From: Callorhinchus milii
Lineage: Eukaryota
DNA: 64,000 nucleotides
Assembly: GCF_018977255.1 (NCBI RefSeq)
Contig: NW_024704742.1
Span: 20,772,001-20,836,000 of the forward strand
Reading direction: 5' to 3'
The notes beneath the pieces were generated by a model that was not told the origin of the DNA, made no database searches, and saw only the letters and a list, made by a program, of their open reading frames with translations. Made by a program: the position numbers and the translations under genes. Positions 25,020-37,495 of this stretch are shown in pieces; the first letter of the stretch is position 1, and every line of letters starts with the position of its first letter.

Positions 25020-25195
25020 CTTGTATAGTATTGGTTAGAGTACTCGCCTCGCAAGTGAGAGGACCTGAGTTCAATTCCAGGGCAAAACCTTAGGCAAGTT
25101 TCCTTACTCCACATGCCTCTGTTTACCTAGCAGTAAGTAGGAACTCTGTTGTTAGTCGATTGGAGGATCACTTTCTGGTGGTAATAATCTTGGAG
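25020..25195 (+). mobile_element. tRNA-CORE-like SINE 5' half
   Basis: ggttagagtactcgcctcgcaagtgagag, gagttcaattcc, ccttaggcaagtttccttactccacatgcc. Confidence 0.85.
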
Positions 25196-26051
25196 TGGAG
25201 AAGTGGGGAATCATCTGTAAGAGGAATTCTTAATCTTTAATCTAAAGCGAATAAATACCATGAGAAATTCCAAGCCTCAGTTGTCACTGCCTCCAAACCA
25301 TACCCAAGTGACAAGACCAGCTTGTAGCTTGCACAAGAATGGGACTTGGGATCTGGAATGTAGCTTGGGAGGAGATTTAGAAACAGTACACATGTCACTG
25401 ATACATGCCAGTGGAACCTGGTCGAGGTGCAACAATCCTCATCACCAGGACACACTTTAACAGTAACATGTTAGATCTGGCAACTCCTGAAGGAATGTAG
25501 TCATTTTTTTTATCTACACTCTCTGCTCCAGCGTGTGGAGACTGCTCAGTATAAAAAGCAGCAAAAGTATTCTTGCAATGTCAAATTCAAACTTGTTCCA
25601 TGAGAGACATTTTGAGAATGGTGTTTAGTGAGACTGGCTCTATATTTGCCTAGCTCAGTGCTGCAGCGGACACACTTTCCAGTCAATGTACCATTTATGC
25701 TGGCAGAATAAATAATTTGGGAAAGATTGGAAAATACAGGAAGAGTTAATCTGCAAACAGCAACACTCCTAAAGGCATGATATGTCTACAGACAGCCCCC
25801 ATATATTGTGTACAAACAGAATCAACACATAAGGGAAGAGACACAATCGGAGGAATATAATACAAAGACTTAAAACAATTATTTGATGTAAAATGATTAC
25901 CATTTTTAAATTTTATTTGTATTTATTTAATGGGTGTGGGGATAAAATGCTTTATACAGTGGTTTTGGAAATTTGTTAGGGGCAGTGGGCTGGATGGGCA
26001 AAGGCTGTTTTTTGTTTCTTTCCCTCCCTTATGTCTTTTTCTCTAGGTTTC

Positions 26052-26910
26052 AGCCCGGCTCAGCAGATAGCGCACTTGTCTCTGAGTCAGAAGGCTATGT
26101 GTTCAAGTCGCATGTTGGAGCCTTAAACTCCAAAGTCTGGGCTGACACTCCAGTGCAGTGCTGGGGAAGTACAGCATTGTCAGAGATGCCGTTCTGTGGA
26201 TGAGACGTTAAATTGAAGACCCATGTGTCTATTCAGCTGGACGTTGAAGCACTAGTTGAAAAGGGAAGGTTATTTTCCCTGATGTCCTGGCTAGCAATCC
26301 CTTAAATAAAATTGGTTACTTACATAATAATAATAATAATAATCCTTGCCTTTGATATAGCAACTTATCACGTCTTCGAGAAGTCTCAAAGTGCTTCACA
26401 GAATACACTGTAAAGGGAATTGACTGTATATTTTGTGGGCAAAACACGGCAGACAATTGCGCACAGCAGTGTCCCACAAACAGTTTTGGATTGAGTGACC
26501 AATTTATTATTTTTTGAAGGAATTATTACCACTGCAAAAACAATCCGCCAATCGAACAACAACCGGGCTCCTACTTACTGCTAAGTAAACAGGCGTGTGG
26601 CCTGTTGCCCAATGTTTCGTCCTGCCCAGGAATCAAACCCAGGTCTCTCACTTGCGAGGCGAGTGCTCTAACCACTGAGCTACAGGACTCCATGTCTGTT
26701 TATGGGTCTAAGTCAGAAGGTTATGAGTTCAAGTCACATGTCGAGACCTTAAACTCCAAGTCCCACAAATGCACTTCATGTCTGTTTATGGGACATTGCT
26801 GCACAAATTACACACAGTCACTCCACTTCATGGTATATCCCGTGAAGCGCTTTGAGACATCCTCCCAATGAGAAAAGCATTATATCAAATGCAAGGATTG
26901 CTATTATTAG
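26052..26910 (+). mobile_element. tRNA-Deu SINE split by an antisense SINE, with internal duplication
   Basis: Head ggctcagcagatagc, Deu core to ~26320, resumes at 26694; tail to ~26908. Confidence 0.8.
26324..26693 (-). mobile_element. Full tRNA-CORE-like-Deu SINE
   Basis: Reverse complement of atggagtcctgtagctcagtggttagagcactcgcctcgcaag through to (TTA)n. Confidence 0.9.
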
Positions 26911-27254
26911 GTTCTAATCTCCTTAGCATTTCTCTCTAACTGAGGGATGGTCAGGTTTGTGCTGAATGTATTGAATTCCCTTTGGTTCAAAAAGTGTTCA
27001 TTTAAGTTTAGAGCCATATCCTAAGGGTGCTGGCACACTTTGAAAAAAACACCGGACTTTTAAAATGTGGCAGTCTGTCATGATAAGAGATATTTGATGC
27101 CATAATTTGTCAAACTGGTTATGATACAGATGAACATTAAACGTTTATAAGTAGCAATGTCAAATGCCTGAGGTGCATTAATGCTGAGACACTACAAAGA
27201 AAGAAACGAGAACGCTAGAAATTGGAAATAAAAATGTCAATTTGCATCTGAAAG

Positions 27255-27425
27255 GGAAGGCCAGCCAGAACAGGCAGACAGGACCTTGGTTTAACATTTC
27301 ATCTGAAGGACAGCACCACCAACAATGCAGTAAACACCAGCACAGCACTGGAGTGTCAGACCAGACTTGTGAGTTCAAAGTCCCGATATAGGGTTTGAAC
27401 CCACAACCCTCAGACTCAAAGATAA
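27255..27425 (-). mobile_element. Deu-SINE 5' half
   Basis: Reverse complement of gggttcaaaccc B box and tctgacactccagtgc...ttaaaccaaggtcc. Confidence 0.8.
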
Positions 27426-27967
27426 GATGATTCAGGCCCAGTCCTTCATTCCAATGTTCGTGTTCACCTTTGTAGCTTGTAGTCCAGTATTTTCTAATTT
27501 TATTAAATGTTATTAATTAAATTGTTGATGTGCTGCAACTGCTCAATCCATTTATGAATCTGCTTTTTTAAATTCACAGGAAATTAGTTTCATCTTATCA
27601 ACATTCAGGGGATTGAAGAGACACAGACTTATGAAGCACAAAACTTTATTTGGCATATCAGCACTAACGTAACAAATCTTCTGCAGATTTCTCAAACTTT
27701 ACTCACTCTAGAGATATAAAATTGTTAGTTTTATGAAGATGGTTTCAGATTAGGTAACATTTATGGAGTAACCCTAAAGGCACTTATATGTAGGTTATAA
27801 AAAATAACCTTTGCATTTTATACAGCTCTTTTCATGTTGGAAATATATCTCAACACACTTAATAGGAATTACTGTAATACGTAGTAACTATGTCTTTTGT
27901 AGGAAAAGGTTTATAGGAACTCTGGTTTGAATTTACAACTTATAAGGCTTTTATTCATAAATTATTT

Positions 27968-28085
27968 ATAATAATAATTGTTGCATTTGATATAGCACCT
28001 TATCACGTCATTGAGATGTCTGAAGCGCTTCATAGAATATGCTATAAAGTGAATTGACTGTATATTTTGCGAGCAAAGACACGCA
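27968..28085 (-). mobile_element. SINE 3' fragment
   Basis: ttgcatttgatatagcaccttatcacgtc...aaagtgaattgactgtatattttg. Confidence 0.8.
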
Positions 28086-28089
28086 TTGG

Positions 28090-28450
28090 AATTTTGAACT
28101 CACAGAGGCTAGGCTGACAGTCAAATGCAATGCTGCATTGTCGGGCTGTCCTTCAGATGAGATGTTAAACCAGGATGCTGTCTGCCTGTTCACATGGACG
28201 TTAAAGATTCCATGACATTATTTGAAACAAGAAGAGAATTTCTCCCAGTGTCCTTGGTCAATTTTCCTACAGATAATATTGATCATTCACTTAATGTCTG
28301 TTTGTGGGACATAGCGTTTTGCAAGTTGGCAGCTGTGTTTGCTTACAAAATACACGGACACTAGATTTACGTCTTTTGTTACACTTTAAATCCTGTGAAG
28401 CGCTTTGAGACATTCAGCTGATGTGAAAGGCACAATATCAAATGTAAGTT
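28090..28450 (+). mobile_element. Deu-SINE (head missing)
   Basis: Deu core plus ctgtgaagcgctttgagac...tatcaaatgtaag tail. Confidence 0.8.
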
Positions 28451-28571
28451 CCTTTTTTAACTATTCCTTTTCCTTTGACTCTCTGAAGCCATTGTAACAT
28501 TCTGTAATGATATTAGGATGTGACTTTCGCAACACCTATAGAGTAGGTCCATTCCACAAATGTAAAAATAT

Positions 28572-29665
28572 ATCTTTTACCTTCAACAAGTAAAAATTCT
28601 TGATGCAAAATTTTTATGGAAATAACAATCTTGCTTATGTTGTATATTTTGCATTTCGCCCACAAAATATACCATCAATTCACTTTACAGTATATTCTGT
28701 GAAGTGATTTGAAGCATCTCAATGACATGAGAAGGTTTCAAGTACAGGTATTATTGTATGCATTTAAAGTGTGAATGTTTTCCTTTAGCAATGATATCAT
28801 CAGAGCATTCCTATTGAGTGAAAGTGTTTTCTGTATTGAAATGGCCCTGAATTACAAGTCTCTGAATGAATTGCAATATTACCATATTTTTATGTATTGT
28901 TCATCTCTTTTTCACTTCAAGTGATAATTTGAAAAGGCAGTTTTACCAAAATAACTTTTTGCTGTAATAACCTTCCAATTGAAGGCTTAACTGCACAGGC
29001 ACTGAGCTGAGCATGTGTTCGAGCTACACTGAGATGCAATGAATTGAGTTCATGTTTTTTAATTTAACTAGAAGTATACATGCCTTCCTGCACTTAGGAT
29101 TCCGAAAGTACACTCCATGGGGATCTATAATTAATATGCATGAGATTTGCATATCACTTTATGCTCATTGTTGTCAGCAATTGCAGGTCTAAGCCTCAGT
29201 AATTGGCTCTTTCTGTGCTGTACCTAACTCTAGAATCATATCACATTTACTGGGAACACTCTTGAGGTCTGAAAGTTGTCCTCCATTCTTCAGTCAGTGT
29301 GCAGTGAGCTTAATAAGATCAGATCCAGTATATAAATGTTGAAAGGTCTGATAACCTCCTGGAATTTTACATAATCACAAGATACCAACAACAGTAAAGC
29401 AGAATTCAAGCTAATTCCAAGTTTCAGAAGACAGTGAGATATTAGAATCATTGAAATTTCAGGGCACCTTCTCTGTGCCTTGCTAGAGCTACACTATAAC
29501 AAATTCTAAAAACTGCATTTATTTTGCAATCTTTTTATCTTCAACAATTAAAATCTCTTGACGTAAAATTCTTATGGGAATAACAATCCAATGTATATGC
29601 ATTTAAAGTGTAAAGGTTTTTCTTCAGCACTGATATCATCAGAGCATTACTATTGAGAGGAATGC
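28572..29665 (+). repeat. Local direct duplication (28572-28825, interrupted by a SINE tail; 29529-29665)
   Basis: atgcatttaaagtgt...tgatatcatcagagcatt.ctattgag and ttatgg.aataacaatc are shared by both copies. Confidence 0.8.
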
Positions 29666-29669
29666 GAAC

Positions 29670-29840
29670 TGATTTCCATTTTTTTTCCCCATAGCCTTTT
29701 ACAACTTTATTCTTCAAATATCTGTTTAATACCCGTTTAAGTAATATAAATGATTCAGCTTCAATAGCTACTTGTTGTATTGTGTTATACATCCAAGTAT
29801 ATTTGTGTAAAAATATATTCTTCTCACTTCTCCCTTTATG
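29670..29840 (-). mobile_element. CR1 3' fragment
   Basis: Minus strand reads LNRYLKNKVVKGYGEK; ttttcccccatagc-type CR1 end. Confidence 0.65.
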
Positions 29841-30400
29841 TATCCAGTGTGCATCTGCAGTTTATGCTCTTTTGTTGTTGATTAATGAACCAATTCAAAT
29901 AACTTGTCACTATTTACTCTCTCAAACCCTTTCAGAACTGTTGATGTGGGACAATTCTTTGTTAGTAAGCCTGTTAATAATCACTTAGTAGTCTGACAAT
30001 ATCAAATTATTGCTATGATTCATTCTAGCACTCTGCCATTTTACTAATTTTATTTTCTCTAATGCTGTGGATGAAATATTCAGACTAGGACTTAATAAAA
30101 TTATTGATGTGATCACCTGACATACTGTCTCATTTACACTGTGAATGTTCTATGGGACATCCTCCAGATGTGAAAAACACTATATAAATGTAAATTGTGT
30201 CATTTTGTACTCATGCAAATTGGGTTATGTTAAGCAGAGAGCCCAGCAGCATGAGGAGGGACCTGAGTGAGATGGAACAGAGGGAGTATTCTGTTAAGGA
30301 ATTTGGTGAGAGTGGGAATTCGGTGCAGAGAGGGAAAGAGGTGCAGAATTATAAAATATATAATATTTATATTAAAATAATATGAAACATGTCTGGGAAT

Positions 30401-31322
30401 ATGGCAGGGCAACTGAGACTGGTTGCATGCACAACGTGTGCCATGTGGGAACTCCAGGATGCTTTGTGTGCTCTGGACAGACACGTGTAGGAAGTGCCTC
30501 TGGCTGCTTGAGCTTGAACTCATAGTTTCTGAGCTCAAGGAGAGGCTGGTGTCACTACATAGCAAATGAGAGGCTGAGGAGTTCATGGATCGATTATTTC
30601 AAGAGGTGGTCACCCCACAGCCACAAAGAGTTCAGAAGGAGAGTGAGTGGTTGACCACCCAGTCTGGTAGGAAGAGGGAATGGGCAATGCAGAAATTCCC
30701 TGAGAGTGTGGCACTCACAAAGCAGTTCTCTGTACTGAATACTGTTCAGAGTGATGACACCACTGGGGAGGGGAGTCAAAAGCAAATGGATGCACAAGGG
30801 GACACAGGGAAGAGTGTCAATGCAATTTTCATTGGGGAAACAATGGTGAAAGGAGTAGACAAGTGCTTCTGCAATCAAAGATGTGACTCTCACATGGTAT
30901 GTTTCCCCCTTGGTGCTCGGATTGAAGACATCACAGAATGAGTGCAAAACATTCTACAGGAGGAAGGGGAACATGCAGAAGTCATGGTCCATGTAGGGAT
31001 CCATGACATAGGGAAATAAAGGGCTGAGATCCTACAGGGAGAGTATCAGAAACTAGGGACAAAGCTAACGAGTAGGACCTTCAAGATGGTGATCTTTGAA
31101 TTTCTCCCAGTACCTCGTGCAAGTGAATATCAAAACACCAGCATCAAATACATGAATCTGGAGAAATGGTGCAGAAAGGAGGACTTCAGTTTCCTGGATC
31201 ATTGGGACCACTTCTGGGTCAGGCAGGACCTGTACAAGGTGGATGGGTTACACCTGAACAGGGCTGGGACCAATGTCCTCACAGGAAGGTTAACTCGTGC
31301 TGTGAGAAAGGATTTAAACTAA
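30401..31322 (+). pseudogene. CR1 ORF1 (zinc finger / leucine zipper + SGNH-type esterase), frameshifted
   Basis: MAGQLRLVACTTCAMWELQ...RKC, IFIGETMVKGVD, CFPLGARIEDI, VHVGIHD, YKVDGLHLNRAGT. Confidence 0.85.
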
Positions 31323-31469
31323 TTTAGAGGGGGGAAGGGAATCACGATGTTGTATTAGAGAGGACAAATAAGTTACATAGAAGGCTGGGAGAGACAAATA
31401 GCAATGTAATCAGGAGTAATCTAGAAAAAGGAGGGATTAAACGGGGGAGAAATCAGAAAAGATTAAGTT

Positions 31470-31909
31470 GGTCTTGGAGTTCAAATGTAAATGCACAAAG
31501 TGTGACAAATAAGATTGGTGAGCTGCAAGTTCAAGTTGCCACATAAGGTTATGATGTAGTGGCAATAACAGAGACCTGGCTCAAACAAGGGCAGAAAAGG
31601 GAGCTGAATATTCCTGGCTACAATGTATTCAGGAGGGATAAGGAAGGAAAAAAAGGAGGAGTTTGGCAATATTGATTAAAGACACGGTTACGGCCCTGGA
31701 AAGGGACAATGTGCTAGAGGGTCCAAAAACAGAATCTATTTGGTTAGAGTTAAGGAGCAGTACAGGAGCTGTTACTCTGTTAGGTGTATACGATAGACCA
31801 CCAAATAGTGGGAAGGAGATAGATGAGCAAATCTGCAAGCAGGTTTCAGAAAGATACAAAACCAATAGGGTAGTGATAATGGGGGACTTCAATTATCCTA
31901 ACATAGACT
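31470..31909 (+). pseudogene. CR1 ORF2 AP-endonuclease N-terminal part
   Basis: NAQSVTNK, AITETWL, ESIWLEL, GVYDRPP, GDFNYPNID. Confidence 0.9.
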
Positions 31910-32630
31910 GCACACTTCCCTCCAGTCAGAAAAACAACAGTTCACCATTATTCTCTACTTTCTGTCTCCCAGCCAGTTCTGTATCCATGTTGCCACTGTC
32001 CCTTTAATACTATGGGCTTCTATTTTTGCTTATACGTCTCTTATGTGCCACTTTATCAAACACCTTTTGAAAATCCATATAAACTGCATCAACTGCACTA
32101 TCTTCATCCACCCTCTCCATTACTTCTTCAAAAAACTATCGTTTGTTAGACGTGATTTGCCTTTAACAAATCCATGTTGGCTGTCCTTTATTAACTCCTA
32201 CCTTTCCCCTTTGTGGGAATGTATTTGTTCTGTCCCTGAACTATCTCCTCCTTGAAGACTTCCCATTGCTTGTTAGCTGTTTTACTTGCCAATGTTTCTT
32301 TCCAGTCCACCTTGGCTAGGTCCCTTGTTACAACACCTTGGGATATCTCCCTACATGAAAAACGCTATACAAATGTAATTTTGTTGTTGTTGTTTTAACT
32401 CACTGAGATTAGCTCTCTTCCAGTTGAGTATCTTCACCTTTGATTGCACCTTGTCCCTTTCCATAAGTACTCTAAACCTAATGATGTTGTGATCACTGTT
32501 GTCCAGATGCTCTCGTACTGAAACCTGCTCCACTTGCCCCACTTCATTCCCCAGAACTAGTTCCAACACTGCTTCCTTCCTCATTGGGCTGGAAACCTAC
32601 TGATCCAGAAAGTTATCCTCACACATTTCA
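31910..32630 (-). pseudogene. Inverted CR1 ORF2 segment (APE C-terminus + RT N-terminus), with an L2 tail at ~32330-32395
   Basis: Minus strand: EAVLELVLGNE...DNSDHNIIRF and SQHGFVKGKS...YMDFQKVFDKVAH. Confidence 0.88.
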
Positions 32631-32723
32631 GGACAAGTTTACAGGGCTATGGGGAGAGCGCGGGGGAGTGGGATTGAATTGGATAGCTCTTTTCAAAGAG
32701 CTGGCACAGACACAATGGGCTTT

Positions 32724-35460
32724 ACCATCCACCCAAGCCTTCCCCCAACTTCCTCTTGGAATTTTCCACCCTCCTATCTTCCCTCTCCCTCTGCTCTGAA
32801 TGCCTCCTTATATTAGGTGACTTCAACCTCCACTTCATCCCCTCCTGCTCTACCTCTGCCGACTTCTCCCTCCTCCTCTCTTGCCTTAACCTCTCCCTCC
32901 TCATCCACTCCCCCATCTACGATCATGCCCATCCCCTTGACCTGGTGATCACCCGGGGCATCTCCCTTCCCTTCCGATCTCCCCTCCTCACTCTCTTTTC
33001 TCCACAACTCCCTCTCCTCCATTCTGGACTCCCTTGCCCCCCTCACCTCCCGAACTGCCTCATACTCCTATAAATTCCCCTGATACACCAGCCATCTCCG
33101 TTCCCTCAAGGCACAAGTGCGAGCTGCCGAGTGCGCCTGAACCAAATCCAAACTAACGGTCTATCGGCAGATTTGGCTTCACCACACCAAGACCTACCGC
33201 TGCGCTCTTGCCTCCGCCAAATCCTCCTTCTACTCCAAGGTTATCTTGGAGGCAAAGGACAACCTCTGGCTTCTCTTTTCCACCACTAACTGTCTCCTCT
33301 GTCCACCTTCCCATACCTCACCCATCCTCTCCTCAAACGCCAACTGTGAGGAGATGCTGGACTTCCTCGAATCTAAAATCAAGGGGATATGTTCAGCCAC
33401 CTCAGCCCTGTCCACAGCCACCCCCACATCCACACTCCCTTATGACCTACCCCCCACCCATCCCCCCCTATACTCCTTCGACCCTATCTCTCCCTCCTCC
33501 TTCACCACGACTGTTCTCAAACTCACCACCTGCTCCCTCGATCCTATCCCCACCTCTCTTCTCGTCTCCCAGCTCCACCTCCTGGCCCCTCTCCTGTCCG
33601 ACATCATCAACCTCTCCTTGTCCACCGGTTCAGTTCCCACCCCCCTAAAAACAGCCGTCATCATCCCCATCCTGAAAAAACCTTTCTTGGATCCATCCCT
33701 TCTCTCCAGCTACCACCCATTCTCTAACCTTCCATTCCTCTCCAAGGTCCTGGAACGAGTAATCATGTCCCAGCTCCACTCCTTTCTCTCTCGCCATTCC
33801 CTCTTTGAACCTCTCCAATCCGGCATCTGCGCTGCCCACAGCACGGAAACAGCCCTGGTCATAGTCACTAATGACATTCTGAATATCTGAGACCAGGGTT
33901 CCCTCTGCCTCCTTGTCCTCCTCAACCTCTCTGCCGCCTTCGACACTGTCGACCACTCCATCCTCCTATACTGCCTCTCCGTTTTATTCAATCTTCATGG
34001 ATTTACCCTTGTCAGATTCGATTCGTATCTCTCTCACCGTCTCCACTTTGTTGCCTCTCACGGTTTCTCCTCCAGCCCCTGTACTGTCACATCTGGTGTC
34101 CCCCAGGGCTCTGTCCTTGGCCCTCTCCTCTTTAATATCTACAAGCTCCCCCTTGGTGACATCATCTGCAGACATGGGGTCAACTTCCACATGTATGCGG
34201 ATGACACCCAACTCTATCTTTCTGCCTCCACGCTCAACTCCAGGACCACTGCTGTCCTGACAGACTGCCTGTCGGACATCAAGTCCCGGATGAAGGCAAA
34301 TTTCCTCCAGTTGAATGTGAACAAGACTGAGGCCCTCCTGATTGGCTCGGGCCAGCGCCTCAGCACCTCAGGCTCTGTCAACCTCCATAGTTGCACACTA
34401 CAACTCACCAAGCCAGTCAGGAACCTAGGTGTCTTGTTCAACCCTCAACTGTCTTTTCTTCCCCACATTCAAGCCATGACCCATTCGGCCTTCCCTCACC
34501 TCCATAATATCGCCCGACTCCGCCATTACCTCATCCCTCAGGCCGCTGAAACTCTTGTTCATGCCTTCATCACTTCCAGGCTCGACTATGCAAATGCCCT
34601 GTTTGTCGGCCTTCCCAACTCCTCCCTCCACAGCTGCAGATAATCCAGAACTCTGCAGCCCATGTCCTCTCCCGCACCAAACTCCATGACCCCATCTCCC
34701 CCACTCTCGCCCGACTCCATTAGCTCCCTATCAGAGGATCCAGTTCAAGTTCACATACAAAGCCCTCCTTAGCTTCGCCCTACCCTACCTCTGCGACCTC
34801 CTTACCCCCTATCAACCCACCAATTCCCTCCACTCAGCAGCTCTGGTCTGCTACATGTCCCCTGACCCACCCGCCTCACCATTGGTGGGAGAGCCTTCAG
34901 CCACTCTGCCCCCAACTTCTGGAATTCCATCCCCCAGTCACTCCGCCTCGCCCCCTCCTTATCCTCCTTCAAGTCCCGCCTCAAGACCCTCCTCTTCGAC
35001 CATGCCATTGGCCACCCCCATTCCCCTCCCTTCTCCCCCCCAACCCCAGCTACAGCTCGTGGAGTCCTGTAGCTCAGTGGTTAGAGCACTCGCTTTGCAA
35101 GCGAGAGACCTGAGTTCAATTCCAGGCAGAGGGTGAAACCTTGGGCAAGTTTCCTTACTCCACACACCTAATAATAACCCCTCCAAAAAACAAAAACAAT
35201 AATAAAAAATTGGTCATTTTCAATCCATGACTGTTTGTGGGACATTGCTGTGCGCAATTGACTGCCGCGTTCGCCCACAAATATACAGTCAATTCACTTT
35301 ACAGTATATTCTGTGAAGCGCTTTGGGACGTCCTCCCGACGTGAAAAGCGCTATATCAAATGTAAGGATTATTATTATTATTATTATATGCTGTACTCTG
35401 TCCAGCGCCTTGAGACATCCTCCTGACGTGAAAGGCGCTATACAAATGTAATCTTGTGGT
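32724..35460 (+). mobile_element. L2 (family B), ~2.4 kb, inserted in a CR1 tail and interrupted by a SINE (35059-35387)
   Basis: GDFNLH, HPLDLVITRG, HSTETALV, YADDTQLY; tail resumes at 35391-35460. Confidence 0.92.
35059..35387 (+). mobile_element. Full tRNA(Ala-like)-CORE-like-Deu SINE, short subfamily
   Basis: tagctcagtggttagagc A box, gagttcaattcc B box, CORE-like block, Deu 3' block, L2-B-type stem-loop, (TTA)n. Confidence 0.92.
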
Positions 35461-37269
35461 TTGGCTGAATGATCTCCTTCTGTGCTGTATAATTGTATGA
35501 TTCTATGATATCATTTTGTTCAGTAAGATTAGAAAACATATGCGCTTGGATTTATGAACAGTTAATTGTAGTGACAGTGAAATGGAAAGACAACAGCCAT
35601 TAAGTGAATGAAAAATGAATCTGGAGGAATCTTAGCCAGAATAGCAAGAAATCTGCTTCTCTTTTCACATATTGACATGAACAGTTTAACACCCACAAGA
35701 ACGGAAAGACAGAATCTCGGTTTAATGTTTGAGGTTCCGAACTACTTCCAACTATCAACCCACATCTGGACAAAGCCCTTCAACCCACAACCTTCTGATA
35801 GAGACAAGACTGCTGGCAATTGAACTAGGTTGACATAAAAAATTAGCTACTCTGGCACAGCAGTAACACGTCAACTTTAGAATGCCTACTATAAAACATT
35901 CATCTCACGTTGAATTTAATTCTTGTACCTGCAACCCTCTTTAATACAGCTCATCACAGGTTGCTGATAGTTGTTTGAGATGTGCACCCTCAGCAATTAT
36001 TTCAACCAATATTTTTCTATTTGTGTCTAAAAACTTTGCATTGAAAATTCATCACAGACAAATCACTACCTCTTCGTCCGATGGCTCTGCACTTAGTTTG
36101 TCAAAAATAATCAAGTAGTTAAAACATAATGGTACTACCAGAGGTAAAAACAAGTATTTGTATGAACATTAAGACATCTCATCTTGCTGTCTTGCGCAGT
36201 AATTTATTCTGTGTGCTAGGATAAACTGAAATTGTATTTATCCTGTTTAATCGGACATCAGCCCTAGATAAATAAGGCTCAAGAGTATCAGACTGAAGAT
36301 TACACTGACCCCACTGACCATAGAAATCTAGGAAGACAATCTGTATAGCACTTGACCTTGAGTAAGAGAGGAGCTGCAGAAATAGATGTTGTGTAAAACA
36401 GTAATGGATATGATTCAACATGGTGTTGGCCGTCAAAATTATTTACTTGAATTCTGTGGTCATCTTAACAAAAACTGTAAATAAGATTAAATCAACAAAT
36501 CCACCATAGAATAGCATGCTCTTAGCACTGTTCAATGTCCTGAAAGCAACAACATTTTGCAATGGCACTTGACATATTCTTGAATAATAACTGGATTTCT
36601 CTCCTATTTAACTTACATGCTGTGGCTGTCACAATCAGTTTTTCACTGCCTAAGGTCTGTTTAACCTCTCACTCGGTAAATCTTGGTTTAACTCCATCAC
36701 ACTTAAGACAGTGTTTTTTTTTATTTGTTAATATTTTGCTCACAAATATACAGTCAAGTCATTTTACAGTATAATCTGTGAAGCGCTTTGAAATGTCTAG
36801 TAGACGTGAAAAGCGCTATATCAAATGCAAAGATTATTATTTAGACAGTAGGTTATCATCTATAGGCTTTAAAAACTTTTAAGCAAGTTTATTATCTATG
36901 GAAAAATAGATAAGCTTGTATCCTAGCTTGTAAGAAAAGTTGGTTCCTTACTACTTTTATTTTTTTAAATTGCCCTTTATTAATCCCGACTTTTTCTCCA
37001 TATCCCTGCTTTGATTTCAGGACAATGCAAAGTTTTAAAAATAGTGATGGTGGCAATTCATGTTCCATTCTTGTGAGCTTCAGATAATTGCTGCTACTTT
37101 CCAATGTTTAACTGTGTCATTCATACAAGTGCAATCCTGTGATGTTGAGTTAACATCTTAACAGCAGCCACTAGGGCTCAACACCATGTAAACATAACTT
37201 CATATGTAGCCAAGAGTTACCAGGCTAGGTGCCCAAAGACCTATTGAGCTTTACAGCACCAAAACATAA

Positions 37270-37495
37270 AAAGTTAGGTTGGATAAACAGGGAGAATGCC
37301 CTGCCAAGTAAGGTAGTAGAGGCAGAGTCTATTGGAGGTTTCAAGAGGGAAGTAAACATGTATATGAAGGACAGAAACTTGAAGGTGTAAAGGGATAAGG
37401 CAGGGCAGTGAGATTGAATGATCACTGTGTTCTTGAGAGCCTGGATAGACTCAATTGGTTGAATGGCCTCCTTTTCTGCTGTAAATATCTATGAA
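37270..37495 (+). mobile_element. CR1 3' fragment
   Basis: gccctgccaagtaaggtagtagaggcagag...tgaatggcctccttttctgctgtaaat. Confidence 0.75.

Larger units (their letters stand above)
30225..32722 (+). mobile_element. Rearranged CR1 LINE: ORF1, 5' ORF2, inverted internal segment (31910-32630), 3' end (resumes 35461-35510)
   Basis: Sense ORF1 and APE; antisense APE C-terminus and RT N-terminus; sense CR1 tail gggctatggggagag...caatgggc continuing as ggctgaatgatctccttctgtgctgta. Confidence 0.88.

Noticed and set aside
35059..35135. tRNA-Ala-like gene (also at 26625-26693, 51414, 52465, 61320)
   Set aside because: No proper acceptor stem or terminator, and it continues into CORE-like/Deu/tail sequence; these are SINE heads
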